Notes under the pieces: model-generated
Told to the model about the DNA's origin: nothing
The model's input: only the letters and a program-made list of their open reading frames with translations
Databases searched by the model: none
NCBI GenBank assembly: GCA_963719085.1
Contig: CAVRAL010000001.1
Coordinates: 384,001-448,000 of the forward strand
Direction: 5' to 3'
Length of the DNA stretch: 64,000 nt
Origin: a candidate division FCPU426 bacterium
GTDB lineage: Bacteria > Oederibacteriota > Muellerivitia > Muellerivitales > Muellerivitaceae
Shown: in pieces, positions 10,301-19,043 of the stretch
Layout: the number at the start of each line of letters is the position of its first letter
How positions within the stretch are numbered: the first letter of the stretch is position 1
Position numbers and translations under genes: made by a program

Positions 10301-13300
10301 TGCAGTTGGGTTCCACTTCCATTAAGGTCGAGGAATTTATCCCGGCCAAGATCAAGGTGCAGGTTTCCTCGCCCCAGAAGACGGCCAACGCGGGGGAACA
10401 GCTCAGCTTCCAGGTTCAAGCCCGCTATCTTTTCGGAGCCCCGGCGGCCAATTTACAGGTCCAGTCGGTGGTCCATTTGTCCGCCCAGCCCTTTACCAGT
10501 AAGGATTGGGCCAGCTATCAGTTCAGCGATTCCAGCCGGGTTTTCGACGGCGAGGATCTCCAGGTGCCCAATGGCCTGACCGATGACTCCGGAAACCAAA
10601 CCGTTCAGCTTCCGGTCCCGATTTCCATGCTGCCTCCCTCGATGATGAAGGCTGTGGTCTATACCGAAGTGCTGGACAACGGCGGCCGCGCGGTGGGCGC
10701 CAACGCGGTCATCAACGTCCATCGCTATCCTTATTACCTGGGGCTCAAGGCACTGCCGGGCAAGGAGGTGGGTCCGGGTACCAAGGTGAGGATGAAGTAC
10801 GTGGCCATCACGCCTGATGGGAAGCCTACCACGGTGACCCAGGTCAACTTGATCGTCAAACGCAAGGTTTGGTATTCCATCTTCCGCGACAGCGGATGGT
10901 CGGGCTCGGGGACGGAGTCTTCTTATTACGAGGAAGTCATCCTGGGTAAACAAGTGGACATCCACGGCAAAGGCGGTTTTACCTTTACGCCCGATAAGCC
11001 GGGGGAATACACCGTGTATTTGGGCAATGAGGACTCCATGCGCAGCGCCTTGACGGTCGTCGTGTCGGGCCCGGGCGGCGCGCCGGCGGCCAACACAAGC
11101 TCCGACTTGGAGCTGCCGGGACGGTTGTCGCTGATTTTAAACCAGCCTTCTTATGCCGTGGGCGCCGTGCCCAGGGTTGAGGTGCGGGCACCTTTCGCCG
11201 GACGACTCATCCTGACCCTGGAACGGGAAAAGGTTTTTTACACCAAAAGTTTGGAAGTGCCCTCGGGCTTGAGCGTGGTGAGCCTGCCGCCCACGGATGA
11301 GAATGACCTGCCCAACGCGTATGTGGTGGGCCTGCTGGTGAGGAAGCCCGACGAGTCCATGCGCCGACTGCCCATGGCGTCGTTCGGCGTGGTTCCCTTG
11401 AACCTGGACGCTTCCACCCGGCAAATTGACCTGAAGTGGACCACGGCTGATTCGGTTAAGTCCAAAGACGGCATCGATGTTCGTTTGGACACGGGCCATC
11501 CGGGCTCCCAGGTCGTGTTGTCGGCGGTGGACGAGGGAATCCTTCAGATCGTGTCCTTCGCCACTCCCGATCCGTTCAAATATTTCTACCGCAAACGCGG
11601 GATGACCACGTCCACCTACAGTCTTTTCGACCAAGTGCTGCCGAACCTGGGGCAAAAGCTGGCCGTGGGCGGCGACGAGGGCGAGGGCTTCAAGGCCCGC
11701 AACCTCAATCCAGTGGCGGCCAAACGGGTGAAGAGCTTCGCCCAATTCACCGGCATTTTGACCGCGGATGAGACGGGAACCATCACTTACCATTTCCCCA
11801 CGAAAGAATTCCACGGGGAAGTGCGTTTGATGGCCTTGGCAGTGGACGGCGATAAATTCGGCGGTTCCTCCTTTAAGGTGCAGGTGGCCGACCCCGTGGT
11901 GGTGGAGCCTTCGTTCCCCCGGTTTTTGGCGCCCGGCGATAATTTTGACGTGCCCGTTTTGGTTTATAACCACGCCAAGCAGGCGGAGTCGGTGGCGGTG
12001 AAGCTTTCGCAGACCGGCCCCGTGGCGGTGGATGGCGGCGACCAGCAGTCGGTGGAACTGGAGCCGGGGGACCAAAAACAGCTCATCTTCCACGCCAAGG
12101 CGCTGATGGCCGCGGGTGTGGCCGACTTTAAAGTCTCGGCCACCGACCAAAACGATCAAACCTATGACGTGGATACGGAACTTTCGGTGCGGCCGGGGAA
12201 TCCCCTGACCACCGAGATCAAATACGGCCAGTTGAACGCCCAGGACAAGGTCAAATTGCCGGTTCCGGGCGGGTTTATCCCCCAGGGTCAGCGGGTGCGG
12301 TTGGCGGTGTCGTCCAGTCCGCTGCTGACTTTCCTGGGCAGCCTGGATTACCTCATTAACTATCCTTACGGCTGCGCGGAGCAGATGACCTCGCAGGCCT
12401 TTCCCTTGCTTTATTTCAAGGACATGGGCCTTTTGACCGGACGGTTTGAGGACCGCGCCAACGCGGTGGATATGTTCATCCAAGCGGCCGTGGATAATTT
12501 GTGCAAACAGCAATTGGAAGACGGGACCTTCGCCCTTTGGGCCGGGGAAAATGAGAGCGGCGGGGATTACCTGTCCAACTATGTTTCCCATTTCCTGTTG
12601 GAAGCCAACCGGCTGGGATACAACGTGCCCCAGGACGCCTTGGACAAGGTGACCCAAAGGTTAGGGGCCATCAATGTTCAAGGGCAGGGGGACCGGCTTG
12701 ACCGGCGCCAGCAAAATGTCGAGCTTCCGGACAGCGCCTACATCCTTTATTTAAGGACGCTGGCCGGGAAACCCGATCTTCAGTCGATGGCGGCTTTCCG
12801 CGATGATTTGAAAAACCGCTCCTTGACCGACCGGTGTTTCTTGTCCTTGGCTTACTCCAAGATCGGGGACCGCGCCACGGCCGCCGCGCTTTTGCCCCCG
12901 CATTACACGCCCACCAGCCTGGAGCGGGCGCTGGGCGGCGACTGGTTCTCGCCGAACCGGGAAAGGGCGATTTATCTTTACGCCTTGGCTGAGGCTTCGC
13001 CCCAGTCCCCGGAGATTCCGGTTTTAATCCAGGCCTTCGGCCAGGCGCTGAAGGACGGGGCTTTCCATTCGACCCAGGAAGACGCTTGGGCCTTCATGGC
13101 CATCGGTCAAGCGGTAAAGGCCAGCACCCAAGCCGAGCCATTGACCGGCGCTTGGTCGATTCCCGGCGGGACCGCGCACGCCTTGGCGGGCGACAACGCC
13201 TCCGTGAAGGACACCGCCCTTTCGGGCAAGGAGGTCACCTTGAGTAATTTGGGCGACCAGCCTTTCTATTACAACTTGATGGGCGAAGGCACGCGGTTGG

Positions 13301-13755
13301 AGCAGGAAAAGGGGAGCGTGGCCAACGGTTTGAGCGTTGTCCGGGAATACCGGGATGAAAAAGGCGGCTTGGTCAATTTAGGCTCGGTCACTCAGGGTGA
13401 ACTGGTAGTGGTCACCTTGCGGATTCATTGCGCGAAGCCTTTGGACAACCTAGTGGTCGTGGACCTGCTTCCGGCCGGCTTGGAAGTGGATAATCCCCGG
13501 CTGTCCTCGCGCGGAAGCCTGGGTTTCGACCCCGAGTGCAGTTTCCAGCCTGTGTCGGAGGATTTCCGGGACGACCGGGTTCTTTTGTTCTCGAAGGACG
13601 TGGACGGGGATCTGAGCTTTTCCTACAGCGTGCGCGCGGTTACGCCGGGCCGGTTCCAGGTTCCGGGCGTGAGCGCGGAAGCCATGTATGATCCGGATAT
13701 TTTCGGCCGGTCCGGTCCGGGCGACGAACTGATCGTCGCGCCCTTTAAGTTTTAA
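7357..13755 (+). CDS. Bacterial alpha-2-macroglobulin with an N-terminal polytopic membrane domain
   Basis: AGGAG RBS at 7343. TDLGL, SDRGLYRPGD, VEEFIP, LSAVDEGIL, FPRFLAPGD, thioester YPYGCAEQ (Cys codon 12373), VVDLLPAGLEVDN, EDFRDDRV, YSVRAVTPGRF...AEAMYDP. Confidence 0.95.
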   Translation: MKKILAIWAAIALPLGLVFLAVRWANHPNLAAFFLHPGLSFFLVFVFALYLIRRFLLVKPGLYVRGFGIWLAVRYFTQCFSTNNVPSQNDLALAAWSFYAALAGASLFFLGMEEFEGLALKVLKRKKLPAFLGAVLLGLLAALVFGGANASGYGLSSRILFLLAGGFCVLGALIRAYILKADPEYLTGFVWLYLALKLNTLYSPGFVPSIHFPMNWLFNAHIFFSFLVYVFWEKLLQPKSKARIFIGAFAVAGFLFTFFLQSTLWTCQILIVAGLLMWNLGWDKKTAQLPWVVKARAWAQKILANPKLKMLVDKSGKKAASLGGLLAAWSKKPVVKWSAAGLAGLVVLALLGNLVYQMLSTYVISFTPAGTLTSASTVIRVKFSNDITVAGTLDSAFQITPPLPGTTRLEDSKTLVYTPGAPLLPATTYRVRLDTSELRAKSLFLQGSAKTVFATEPFQVVSNRLFYTYDLVKGTEKELVGELEFNYPVELQRLNQALSVTRGNQSLAFSLEPGTLPTRFFFKAGGLTRDFDPQVLTVKISGDLSCVDCGNSLAKPFQTTLVLPARPKMRVNQVQLHHEPGNTLISILFTLPASAAEVKNNVTITPAVPFTVQTEYCYAVLRADFQPNVSYQVKISKGLRAQSGEILDNDYSQALQLQDVQPYVRFADPGRLIPLAGGKRVAVKTMNLDAYSVRVVKVFRNNLVDFLKRVHTYSNEDYNGGESYSYVEGDTDSIGSQVWSGNVTVEGGQINQEVETDLDFSKWQSAPYKGLFAVYLNGSDGGGQDARWFAATDLGLLTKRSGNDLWVQAISISTLAPAAGAHLQLLSDNNQVIAEADTDLDGRAWFKDINNNPYKFTPFVVVASLGDDWSFLSLNDSPLDQSRFDIGGDPFSTEGWDSFVTSDRGLYRPGDTAHFTAIVRHADLKTPEALPVNLVVTDAAGNPVSKLVSKLQKGGLTTFDLPVPLDLSTGTLNAALQLENGVQLGSTSIKVEEFIPAKIKVQVSSPQKTANAGEQLSFQVQARYLFGAPAANLQVQSVVHLSAQPFTSKDWASYQFSDSSRVFDGEDLQVPNGLTDDSGNQTVQLPVPISMLPPSMMKAVVYTEVLDNGGRAVGANAVINVHRYPYYLGLKALPGKEVGPGTKVRMKYVAITPDGKPTTVTQVNLIVKRKVWYSIFRDSGWSGSGTESSYYEEVILGKQVDIHGKGGFTFTPDKPGEYTVYLGNEDSMRSALTVVVSGPGGAPAANTSSDLELPGRLSLILNQPSYAVGAVPRVEVRAPFAGRLILTLEREKVFYTKSLEVPSGLSVVSLPPTDENDLPNAYVVGLLVRKPDESMRRLPMASFGVVPLNLDASTRQIDLKWTTADSVKSKDGIDVRLDTGHPGSQVVLSAVDEGILQIVSFATPDPFKYFYRKRGMTTSTYSLFDQVLPNLGQKLAVGGDEGEGFKARNLNPVAAKRVKSFAQFTGILTADETGTITYHFPTKEFHGEVRLMALAVDGDKFGGSSFKVQVADPVVVEPSFPRFLAPGDNFDVPVLVYNHAKQAESVAVKLSQTGPVAVDGGDQQSVELEPGDQKQLIFHAKALMAAGVADFKVSATDQNDQTYDVDTELSVRPGNPLTTEIKYGQLNAQDKVKLPVPGGFIPQGQRVRLAVSSSPLLTFLGSLDYLINYPYGCAEQMTSQAFPLLYFKDMGLLTGRFEDRANAVDMFIQAAVDNLCKQQLEDGTFALWAGENESGGDYLSNYVSHFLLEANRLGYNVPQDALDKVTQRLGAINVQGQGDRLDRRQQNVELPDSAYILYLRTLAGKPDLQSMAAFRDDLKNRSLTDRCFLSLAYSKIGDRATAAALLPPHYTPTSLERALGGDWFSPNRERAIYLYALAEASPQSPEIPVLIQAFGQALKDGAFHSTQEDAWAFMAIGQAVKASTQAEPLTGAWSIPGGTAHALAGDNASVKDTALSGKEVTLSNLGDQPFYYNLMGEGTRLEQEKGSVANGLSVVREYRDEKGGLVNLGSVTQGELVVVTLRIHCAKPLDNLVVVDLLPAGLEVDNPRLSSRGSLGFDPECSFQPVSEDFRDDRVLLFSKDVDGDLSFSYSVRAVTPGRFQVPGVSAEAMYDPDIFGRSGPGDELIVAPFKF

Positions 13756-13760
13756 GCCAA

Positions 13761-13790
13761 GCCCGCCCCGGTTTTGAAGCCGGGGCGGGC
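13761..13790. repeat. GC-rich intergenic hairpin between the macroglobulin gene and pbpC
   Basis: GCCCGCCCCGG-N8-CCGGGGCGGGC perfect 11-bp stem with no immediate U-tract. Confidence 0.6.
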
Positions 13791-13850
13791 GATCGGGTTT
13801 ACCATTTATGAAACCTCTCGACTTGCTTCGGGTTTGTTAATATTTCCCCC

Positions 13851-16223
13851 ATGAAGCCGCTCCGCCCTCTATTTTTACGTTCCTGGCTCCGTTGGACCGC
13901 CTTGGGCTTGGCGGTTTTAGCGGGGTTTTACCTGTGCCTGCGTTTTTCCCCCTTGCCCGAGATGAAATTAAAAAAAGACTATTCCACGGCCTTCCTGGCT
14001 TCGGATGGGACTTTACTCCGGCTCACCCTGTCGCCCAGCGGGAAGTACCGCCTGCCGCTGGAACTGGAACAAGTGTCGCCCCAAGTGACGAAGGGATTCA
14101 TCGCTTATGAGGACCGTTGGTTTTGGTGGCACCCGGGCGTGAATCCAATCTCCGCGCTGAGGGCCTTGGCGCTGAATCTTTCCCGAGGCAAGGTTTTGGC
14201 GGGCGCGTCCACCTTGACCATGCAGGTAGCCAAACTCCTGGACCCCCGCCCGCGGACCTACGGGTCCAAACTTTTGGAAACATTTCGGGCGCTTCAATTG
14301 GAAGCTCGTTATTCCAAAAAACAAATCCTGGCTTTTTATTTAAACAGCGTGCCCATGGGCGGCAATATCGAGGGCGTGGGGGCCGCGTCCCTCCTTTATT
14401 TTGGAAAACCCGCCCAGTCCTTGTCCTGGGGCGAGACGGCGCTTCTTATCAGCCTGCCCAAGTCGCCTTATTCCCGGCGGCCGGACCGGTTTCCCGATCG
14501 GGCGCGGGAAGGACGGGACAAGGTTTTGCGCCAAATTATCCCGGCGCTCGGTCTTTCACCCGGGGAGGCCCGGGAAGCTTTTCAAGCCGCCGTGCCTCAG
14601 GGCCGTTTTGTGAATCCCTCGCCCGCGCCCCAACTGGCCCGCCGGGCCGCCTATCTTTCGGGAAAACCTTTCGGCGTGATTGAGCTGACCATCAAGCCCG
14701 AGCTTCAGGGGCTGGCCCAGCATGTTTTGTCCGCCGCGGTGGCCCGGCTTAAAATCCAAGGCGCCCACAACGGGGCCTTGATGATCGTGGACAACCATAC
14801 CCGGCAGGTTTTGGCTTACGTGGGGAGCCCGGATTTCCACGACCCCCACGGCGGGCAGATTAACGGGGCCAATATCCTGAGGTCCCCGGGCTCGGCCTTG
14901 AAGCCCTTTCTTTACGGCCTGGCCATCGATCAAGGCGTCTTGACGCCCAAAAAAATCCTCTACGACATCCCCCGGGATTACGGCGGCTACAAGCCGGCGG
15001 ACTATGAGGGCTCTTACGAGGGATTGGTGACGGCGGAGGAGGCGCTTTCCACCTCGTTGAATATTCCGGCGGTGGGGTTGGAGTCCCAGTTGGAGCCGCT
15101 GAACGGCGGTTTGGGACAATGGATTAAACGGGCGGGATGCGTGGGACGGGGGCGGGACCAACTGGATCCCGGGCTTTCGGTGGCGCTGGGCGCCTATCCG
15201 GTGAGCCTGGAAGAAATGATGTCGCTTTACGCCGCGCTGGCCAATGGGGGCGAGTGGAAGCCCTTGGTCTTTTTTAAGGATGGCCGTGATTCCGGCCGGG
15301 GAACGGGCAAGGCCCTGCTTTCGCCGGAGGCTTGTTTTATGGTCTGCGAGATGTTGTCCCAAGTGGAGAGAACCGATATCCCCGCTTCCTGGCAGTTCGC
15401 GCCTTCGTTGAGCAAAATCGCCTTTAAGACGGGGACTTCCTTCGGCCACCGGGACGCTTGGTGTGTGGGCGTGACGCCGGATTACACCATCGGCGTGTGG
15501 CTGGGCAACGCCGATGCCCAAGGGGTTCCCGCGCTGGTGGGCCATGACGCGGCGGCGCCCATCGTGATTGATCTTTTTGATCAATTGACCCGGACCAATG
15601 ACCAGTGGTTCAAAAAACCGCCGGGCGTTCAGATCCGCAAAGTGTGCGCCTTATCGGGAGATCCGGCGGGGGACGATTGCCCCGAATCCATCGACGATTA
15701 TTTTATCCCGGGGGTGAGCGACAACCAGCCTTGCCCGATCCATCGGCGGGTGTGGCTGCGCAAGAAAGACGGGTTGGAGGTCTGTCATTACTGCATGACG
15801 GGAAAACCGCAGGACTATCAAAGCCGGGTGTTTGAGGTTTGGCCGCCTGATGTGACGCGTTTTTTAAGGAGCCATGGGCAAAAATTCGAGGCCATTCCGG
15901 CGCACAACCCGGCTTGCGCTTATTTCAACCAGGGTGAAAAACCACGGCTCACGTCACCCAACCCCGAGGGGCATTATGAGCTGGTCTCGGGCATTCCGCT
16001 GGAAGATCAGAAACTCACCCTGTCGGTCCAAGCGGGGCCCGATGTGGACCAGGTTTATTGGTTCGTCAACGGCGATTTGGTGGCCCAATCCAAGCCCGAC
16101 CAGCTTTCTTTTTGGCAATTGCGTCCGGGCCGGTGGGATGTGTCCGTCATTGATTCCCGGGGACGGGCGGATAAAACCTCGATCCTGGTGACGCCTTCGA
16201 AGGATTCGGCCGCCGCCCATTAA
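13851..16223 (+). CDS. pbpC: Penicillin-binding protein 1C
   Basis: Transglycosylase motifs EDRWFWWHPGVN and GASTLTMQVAK; transpeptidase SxxK (GSALK), SLN, KTGTS; Cys-rich C-terminal region; directly downstream of alpha-2-macroglobulin. Confidence 0.93.
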   Translation: MKPLRPLFLRSWLRWTALGLAVLAGFYLCLRFSPLPEMKLKKDYSTAFLASDGTLLRLTLSPSGKYRLPLELEQVSPQVTKGFIAYEDRWFWWHPGVNPISALRALALNLSRGKVLAGASTLTMQVAKLLDPRPRTYGSKLLETFRALQLEARYSKKQILAFYLNSVPMGGNIEGVGAASLLYFGKPAQSLSWGETALLISLPKSPYSRRPDRFPDRAREGRDKVLRQIIPALGLSPGEAREAFQAAVPQGRFVNPSPAPQLARRAAYLSGKPFGVIELTIKPELQGLAQHVLSAAVARLKIQGAHNGALMIVDNHTRQVLAYVGSPDFHDPHGGQINGANILRSPGSALKPFLYGLAIDQGVLTPKKILYDIPRDYGGYKPADYEGSYEGLVTAEEALSTSLNIPAVGLESQLEPLNGGLGQWIKRAGCVGRGRDQLDPGLSVALGAYPVSLEEMMSLYAALANGGEWKPLVFFKDGRDSGRGTGKALLSPEACFMVCEMLSQVERTDIPASWQFAPSLSKIAFKTGTSFGHRDAWCVGVTPDYTIGVWLGNADAQGVPALVGHDAAAPIVIDLFDQLTRTNDQWFKKPPGVQIRKVCALSGDPAGDDCPESIDDYFIPGVSDNQPCPIHRRVWLRKKDGLEVCHYCMTGKPQDYQSRVFEVWPPDVTRFLRSHGQKFEAIPAHNPACAYFNQGEKPRLTSPNPEGHYELVSGIPLEDQKLTLSVQAGPDVDQVYWFVNGDLVAQSKPDQLSFWQLRPGRWDVSVIDSRGRADKTSILVTPSKDSAAAH

Positions 16224-16251
16224 AGCGGCCGCTAGGGGTGGCCTTTTCCCC

Positions 16252-16278
16252 GCAACTTTTTTTGCCCCGCGTCCGTCC
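16252..16278 (+). promoter_or_regulatory. Putative ECF sigma promoter (GCAAC-N17-CGTC)
   Basis: GCAACTTT at 16252 and CGTC at 16274; same architecture recurs at 16567. Confidence 0.6.
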
Positions 16279-16320
16279 TACTACCCGAAGTGGTTTTCAA
16301 CAAAGTTCAGGAGGGCGGAA

Positions 16321-16518
16321 ATGAGAAAATTCCTAATGGTTTTAGCGGCGGTTGTTTCTTTGGGCGCTTCCAGTTTGGCCATGGCCCAGCCTTGCGGCCC
16401 GGTTCCTTACGGCTACCGCGCCCCGTTTCATCGGGTCGTCGTGGTGGTTCCCGCGCGCGCCCATCGGCCCTATTGGTTCGCGTGGCACCGGGACCATCGT
16501 TTTTACCGGTATTTCTAA
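16321..16518 (+). CDS. Small secreted Arg/His/aromatic-rich protein (65 aa)
   Basis: GGAGG RBS and a classical signal peptide MRKFLMVLAAVVSLGASSLAMA. Confidence 0.7.
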   Translation: MRKFLMVLAAVVSLGASSLAMAQPCGPVPYGYRAPFHRVVVVVPARAHRPYWFAWHRDHRFYRYF

Positions 16519-16566
16519 GAAGCATTTAAGGCGTGAAAAGGCCCCGTTTATCGGGGGAAACCCCGT

Positions 16567-16593
16567 GCAACTTTGAAGGGGGCCGGGCCGTCC
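16567..16593 (+). promoter_or_regulatory. Putative ECF sigma promoter (GCAAC-N17-CGTC)
   Basis: GCAACTTT at 16567 and CGTC at 16589; spacing identical to the copy at 16252. Confidence 0.6.
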
Positions 16594-16630
16594 AATTTAG
16601 CGGAGAGGGAATTACAAATTTAACAAGGAG

Positions 16631-16951
16631 ATGAAAATGAAAAAGACACAAGCTGTTTTGGCCACGCTTCTGGCAATTTCGTTCGCGACGGCTACTTTCG
16701 CCGAGGACCATCCGATGAGCCCCAAGCATCGTCTGCAGCGCCAGCACGGGCGTATTGAGCAAGGCGTGAAAAACGGAAGCATCACCCCGAAGGAACACGC
16801 GAAATTGGCCCGGGAAGGCCATCATATCAACCAGGAACGCAAAGAAGACCTGCGCAAGGACGGGGGAAAGCTGACCCCGGCGGATCGGGCGAAATTGGAG
16901 CACCAGGAAAACAAGCGGTCCGAGCAGATTGACCAGGACAAACACAACTAA
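16631..16951 (+). CDS. Small secreted helical, His/charged-rich periplasmic protein
   Basis: AAGGAG RBS (start may be 16637), signal peptide ending TFA, internal repeat RIEQGVKNGSITPKE / LRKDGGKLTPAD. Confidence 0.85.
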   Translation: MKMKKTQAVLATLLAISFATATFAEDHPMSPKHRLQRQHGRIEQGVKNGSITPKEHAKLAREGHHINQERKEDLRKDGGKLTPADRAKLEHQENKRSEQIDQDKHN

Positions 16952-16986
16952 AAAGTTTCGGATTTCCGGAACCGAAGCCCGGCTTT

Positions 16987-17016
16987 AAAGCGCGCCTTTT
17001 ATGGCGCGCTTTTTTT
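16987..17016 (+). terminator. Rho-independent terminator overlapping the stop of the convergent acyltransferase
   Basis: AAAGCGCGCC-TTTTAT-GGCGCGCTTT followed by a T-run. Confidence 0.75.
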
Positions 17017-18156
17017 ATTCCGGCTCCAGTAGGTCTGTAATTTTTTTTGGATAAACTGATTGAAGGGCATCTCAAAAAAGACCCAGGAAATTTGGGCAAT
17101 CGCTATCACGGTACAACCGTACAGCAAGGCGTAAAAAAAGATCGCCCAGCCGGAAAATAGGGGTAGGAATACCAGAAAAAAGGAATGAAGAAGGTATATG
17201 CCGTAGCTTAATCTGCCGGGCGCGGAAACTAATCCCAAAAAACTTTTGTTGAAGAAATCCCAATGCAATCCTCCTAGCAAAAAGAGTACGGCGCCGGCCG
17301 AAGCCACGGTAGGGGCGAATACCCGGTCCCAATCGCGACTCCAATAATTCGTGAATAGGGCCAAAACCAAGATCAGGCTGGCCCCATAAAAACAAAACCG
17401 TCCGGCAGCGGCTTGGTTTTCGTTGAAGAAGGGTCCCAACTTTTCGGTTAGAAGAAACAAGAGTACGCCCGCGGCGATTTGGTCAAAAGCCCCAAACGAG
17501 CTCTCAATGGCCAAGGGTACCGATTGAGGGTAGTTCGAATAGGCCCACCAGCGGAATAAAAAGGCGAAGATTACTAAGCAGAGGAGAAATCCTACGAGTT
17601 TTTTTCGGGTTCCCAATAGCAACAGGCAGACGGGGAAAAAAAGGTAGAATTGTTCCTCGACGGCGAGTGTCCATAAAACCCGCCATTGGGCGAACCAGGT
17701 GGAGCTATCGTGAATACTCACGAGGATTCGATGCCAATTGAAAAAGAAAAAGAAAATAGAACACCAAAAACTGGGTCCCAACGCGGCTTGATCCGGATGG
17801 ACCCATTTCAGGGAAGGTGACGAGGGGTTTCCGAAGCGCAGGAGCAGCAGGCCCACGATCGTAAAAACGACCAATAGGGGAAATAGGCGGGCGAACCGTC
17901 GGGAATAAAAATCCTTAAAGTCGGGGTTGTAAAGGCCACCTGGGCATTTGGACAGCACCTGGGTAATCAGGAAGCCGGACACCACGAAAAAGAGTGTGAC
18001 GCCCTCGTGCCCCGCCCCGAGTAAAAAGTCTCTAAGTTTCTCCACCCCCCTGGAATGTGCGTGAACCGCCTGGAAATAATGGCCGAACAAGACAGAAAGC
18101 ACGGCCAGGCTCCGAACGAAGTCGATGGCCTGGGATCGGACGGGGGCTATTTTCAT
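16999..18156 (-). CDS. Acyltransferase family 3 (OafA/YrhL-like) membrane O-acyltransferase
   Basis: IDFVRSLAVLSVLFGH, GVTLFFVVSGFLIT, FYSRRFARLFP, LWTLAVEEQFY, GRLSYGIYLLH. Confidence 0.92.
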   Translation of the reverse strand: MKIAPVRSQAIDFVRSLAVLSVLFGHYFQAVHAHSRGVEKLRDFLLGAGHEGVTLFFVVSGFLITQVLSKCPGGLYNPDFKDFYSRRFARLFPLLVVFTIVGLLLLRFGNPSSPSLKWVHPDQAALGPSFWCSIFFFFFNWHRILVSIHDSSTWFAQWRVLWTLAVEEQFYLFFPVCLLLLGTRKKLVGFLLCLVIFAFLFRWWAYSNYPQSVPLAIESSFGAFDQIAAGVLLFLLTEKLGPFFNENQAAAGRFCFYGASLILVLALFTNYWSRDWDRVFAPTVASAGAVLFLLGGLHWDFFNKSFLGLVSAPGRLSYGIYLLHSFFLVFLPLFSGWAIFFYALLYGCTVIAIAQISWVFFEMPFNQFIQKKLQTYWSRNKKSAP

Positions 18157-18250
18157 TGGAGTAACCCTCTTGGTTTTGCCGGGATTATAATTGTTTGAGG
18201 GTTTTTGCCAAAGGGGATTCATGGGAGGCCGATAATGTTAGACTATCCCC

Positions 18251-18796
18251 ATGGAACACCGACTCCACGTTTATTATGGCTACGGCAAAGGCAAAACCAC
18301 CTCGACCGTGGGGCTCCTCATCCGGGCCTTAGGCGCCGGCCAAAAAGCCGCCCTGGTTCAGTTCGACAAGGGTTTCGACGGCGTGAATGAGCACTATTCG
18401 GAGCGCAAAATCCTCCGGACTTTGCCCAACCTCCAACTTTTTCCCTTCGGCAAAGAAAGGGTTTTGGGCCCCAACGCTTTTCGGTTCAAGAATATCGAGG
18501 GGGACTTTGAGGAAGCCCGGGCGGCCTTGGCCAAGGCCCGGGAACTGATCCGGTCGGATTTGGATCTTTTGGTGTTGGACGAGATTTTGGCCGCGGTCAT
18601 GGTGAAGTTGATCAGCCGTGAGGAAGTGATGGACTTGATCGCGCTTTACGACCAAAACCGCCGGTGTGAGTTGGTTTTGACGGGTCATCAAGTTTGGCCC
18701 GAACTGGTGGAAAAGGCGGACCTGGTCACCGAGATGCGCAAAGAAAAACATTATTTCGACCAGAAGGCGCCGTCCAAAAAGGGGATTGAGTATTGA
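18251..18796 (+). CDS. cobO: Cob(I)yrinic acid a,c-diamide adenosyltransferase (CobO/BtuR family)
   Basis: HVYYGYGKGKTT P-loop, VQFDKG, LLVLDEI, ELVLTG, ADLVTEMRKEKHYF...GIEY. Confidence 0.9.
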   Translation: MEHRLHVYYGYGKGKTTSTVGLLIRALGAGQKAALVQFDKGFDGVNEHYSERKILRTLPNLQLFPFGKERVLGPNAFRFKNIEGDFEEARAALAKARELIRSDLDLLVLDEILAAVMVKLISREEVMDLIALYDQNRRCELVLTGHQVWPELVEKADLVTEMRKEKHYFDQKAPSKKGIEY

Positions 18797-18800
18797 ACCT

Positions 18801-19015
18801 TTTCACCGCCCCGCCCGGCCTAGTTAGGCCGAAGCAGGCGGGACATACCACCTTCGATATCATTTTATATATGGATGGTGGTGCCAAGACGCCAAGTCCG
18901 CTAAGTGAGGCATGCATCTGTATTTTACGGAATCAAGAATTTTAACCGTTATTCTTAAGCCGAATTTTTTTAATCTGAAATAAGGTTGATTTAACTTGGC
19001 GTCTTGGCGATGAAA
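18801..19015. repeat. Palindromic REP/MITE-like element, copy A, with nested 72-bp insert
   Basis: TTCACCGCC[72 bp]GCCAAGACGCCAAG ... CTTGGCGTCTTGGCGATGAAA inverted arms; homologous to 23685-23888. Confidence 0.85.
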
Positions 19016-19043
19016 TAGGTTCATTTTATATTCGTGGAGAAAT

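Noticed and set aside
8683..12657. Long minus-strand ORFs (578 and 506 aa) opposite the macroglobulin gene
   Set aside because: Antisense shadows of a GC-rich coding strand with no motifs; the same applies to 14556-15584 and 21720-23021.
18157..18250. Cobalamin riboswitch before cobO
   Set aside because: The spacer is under 100 bp, divergent, and lacks a B12 box.
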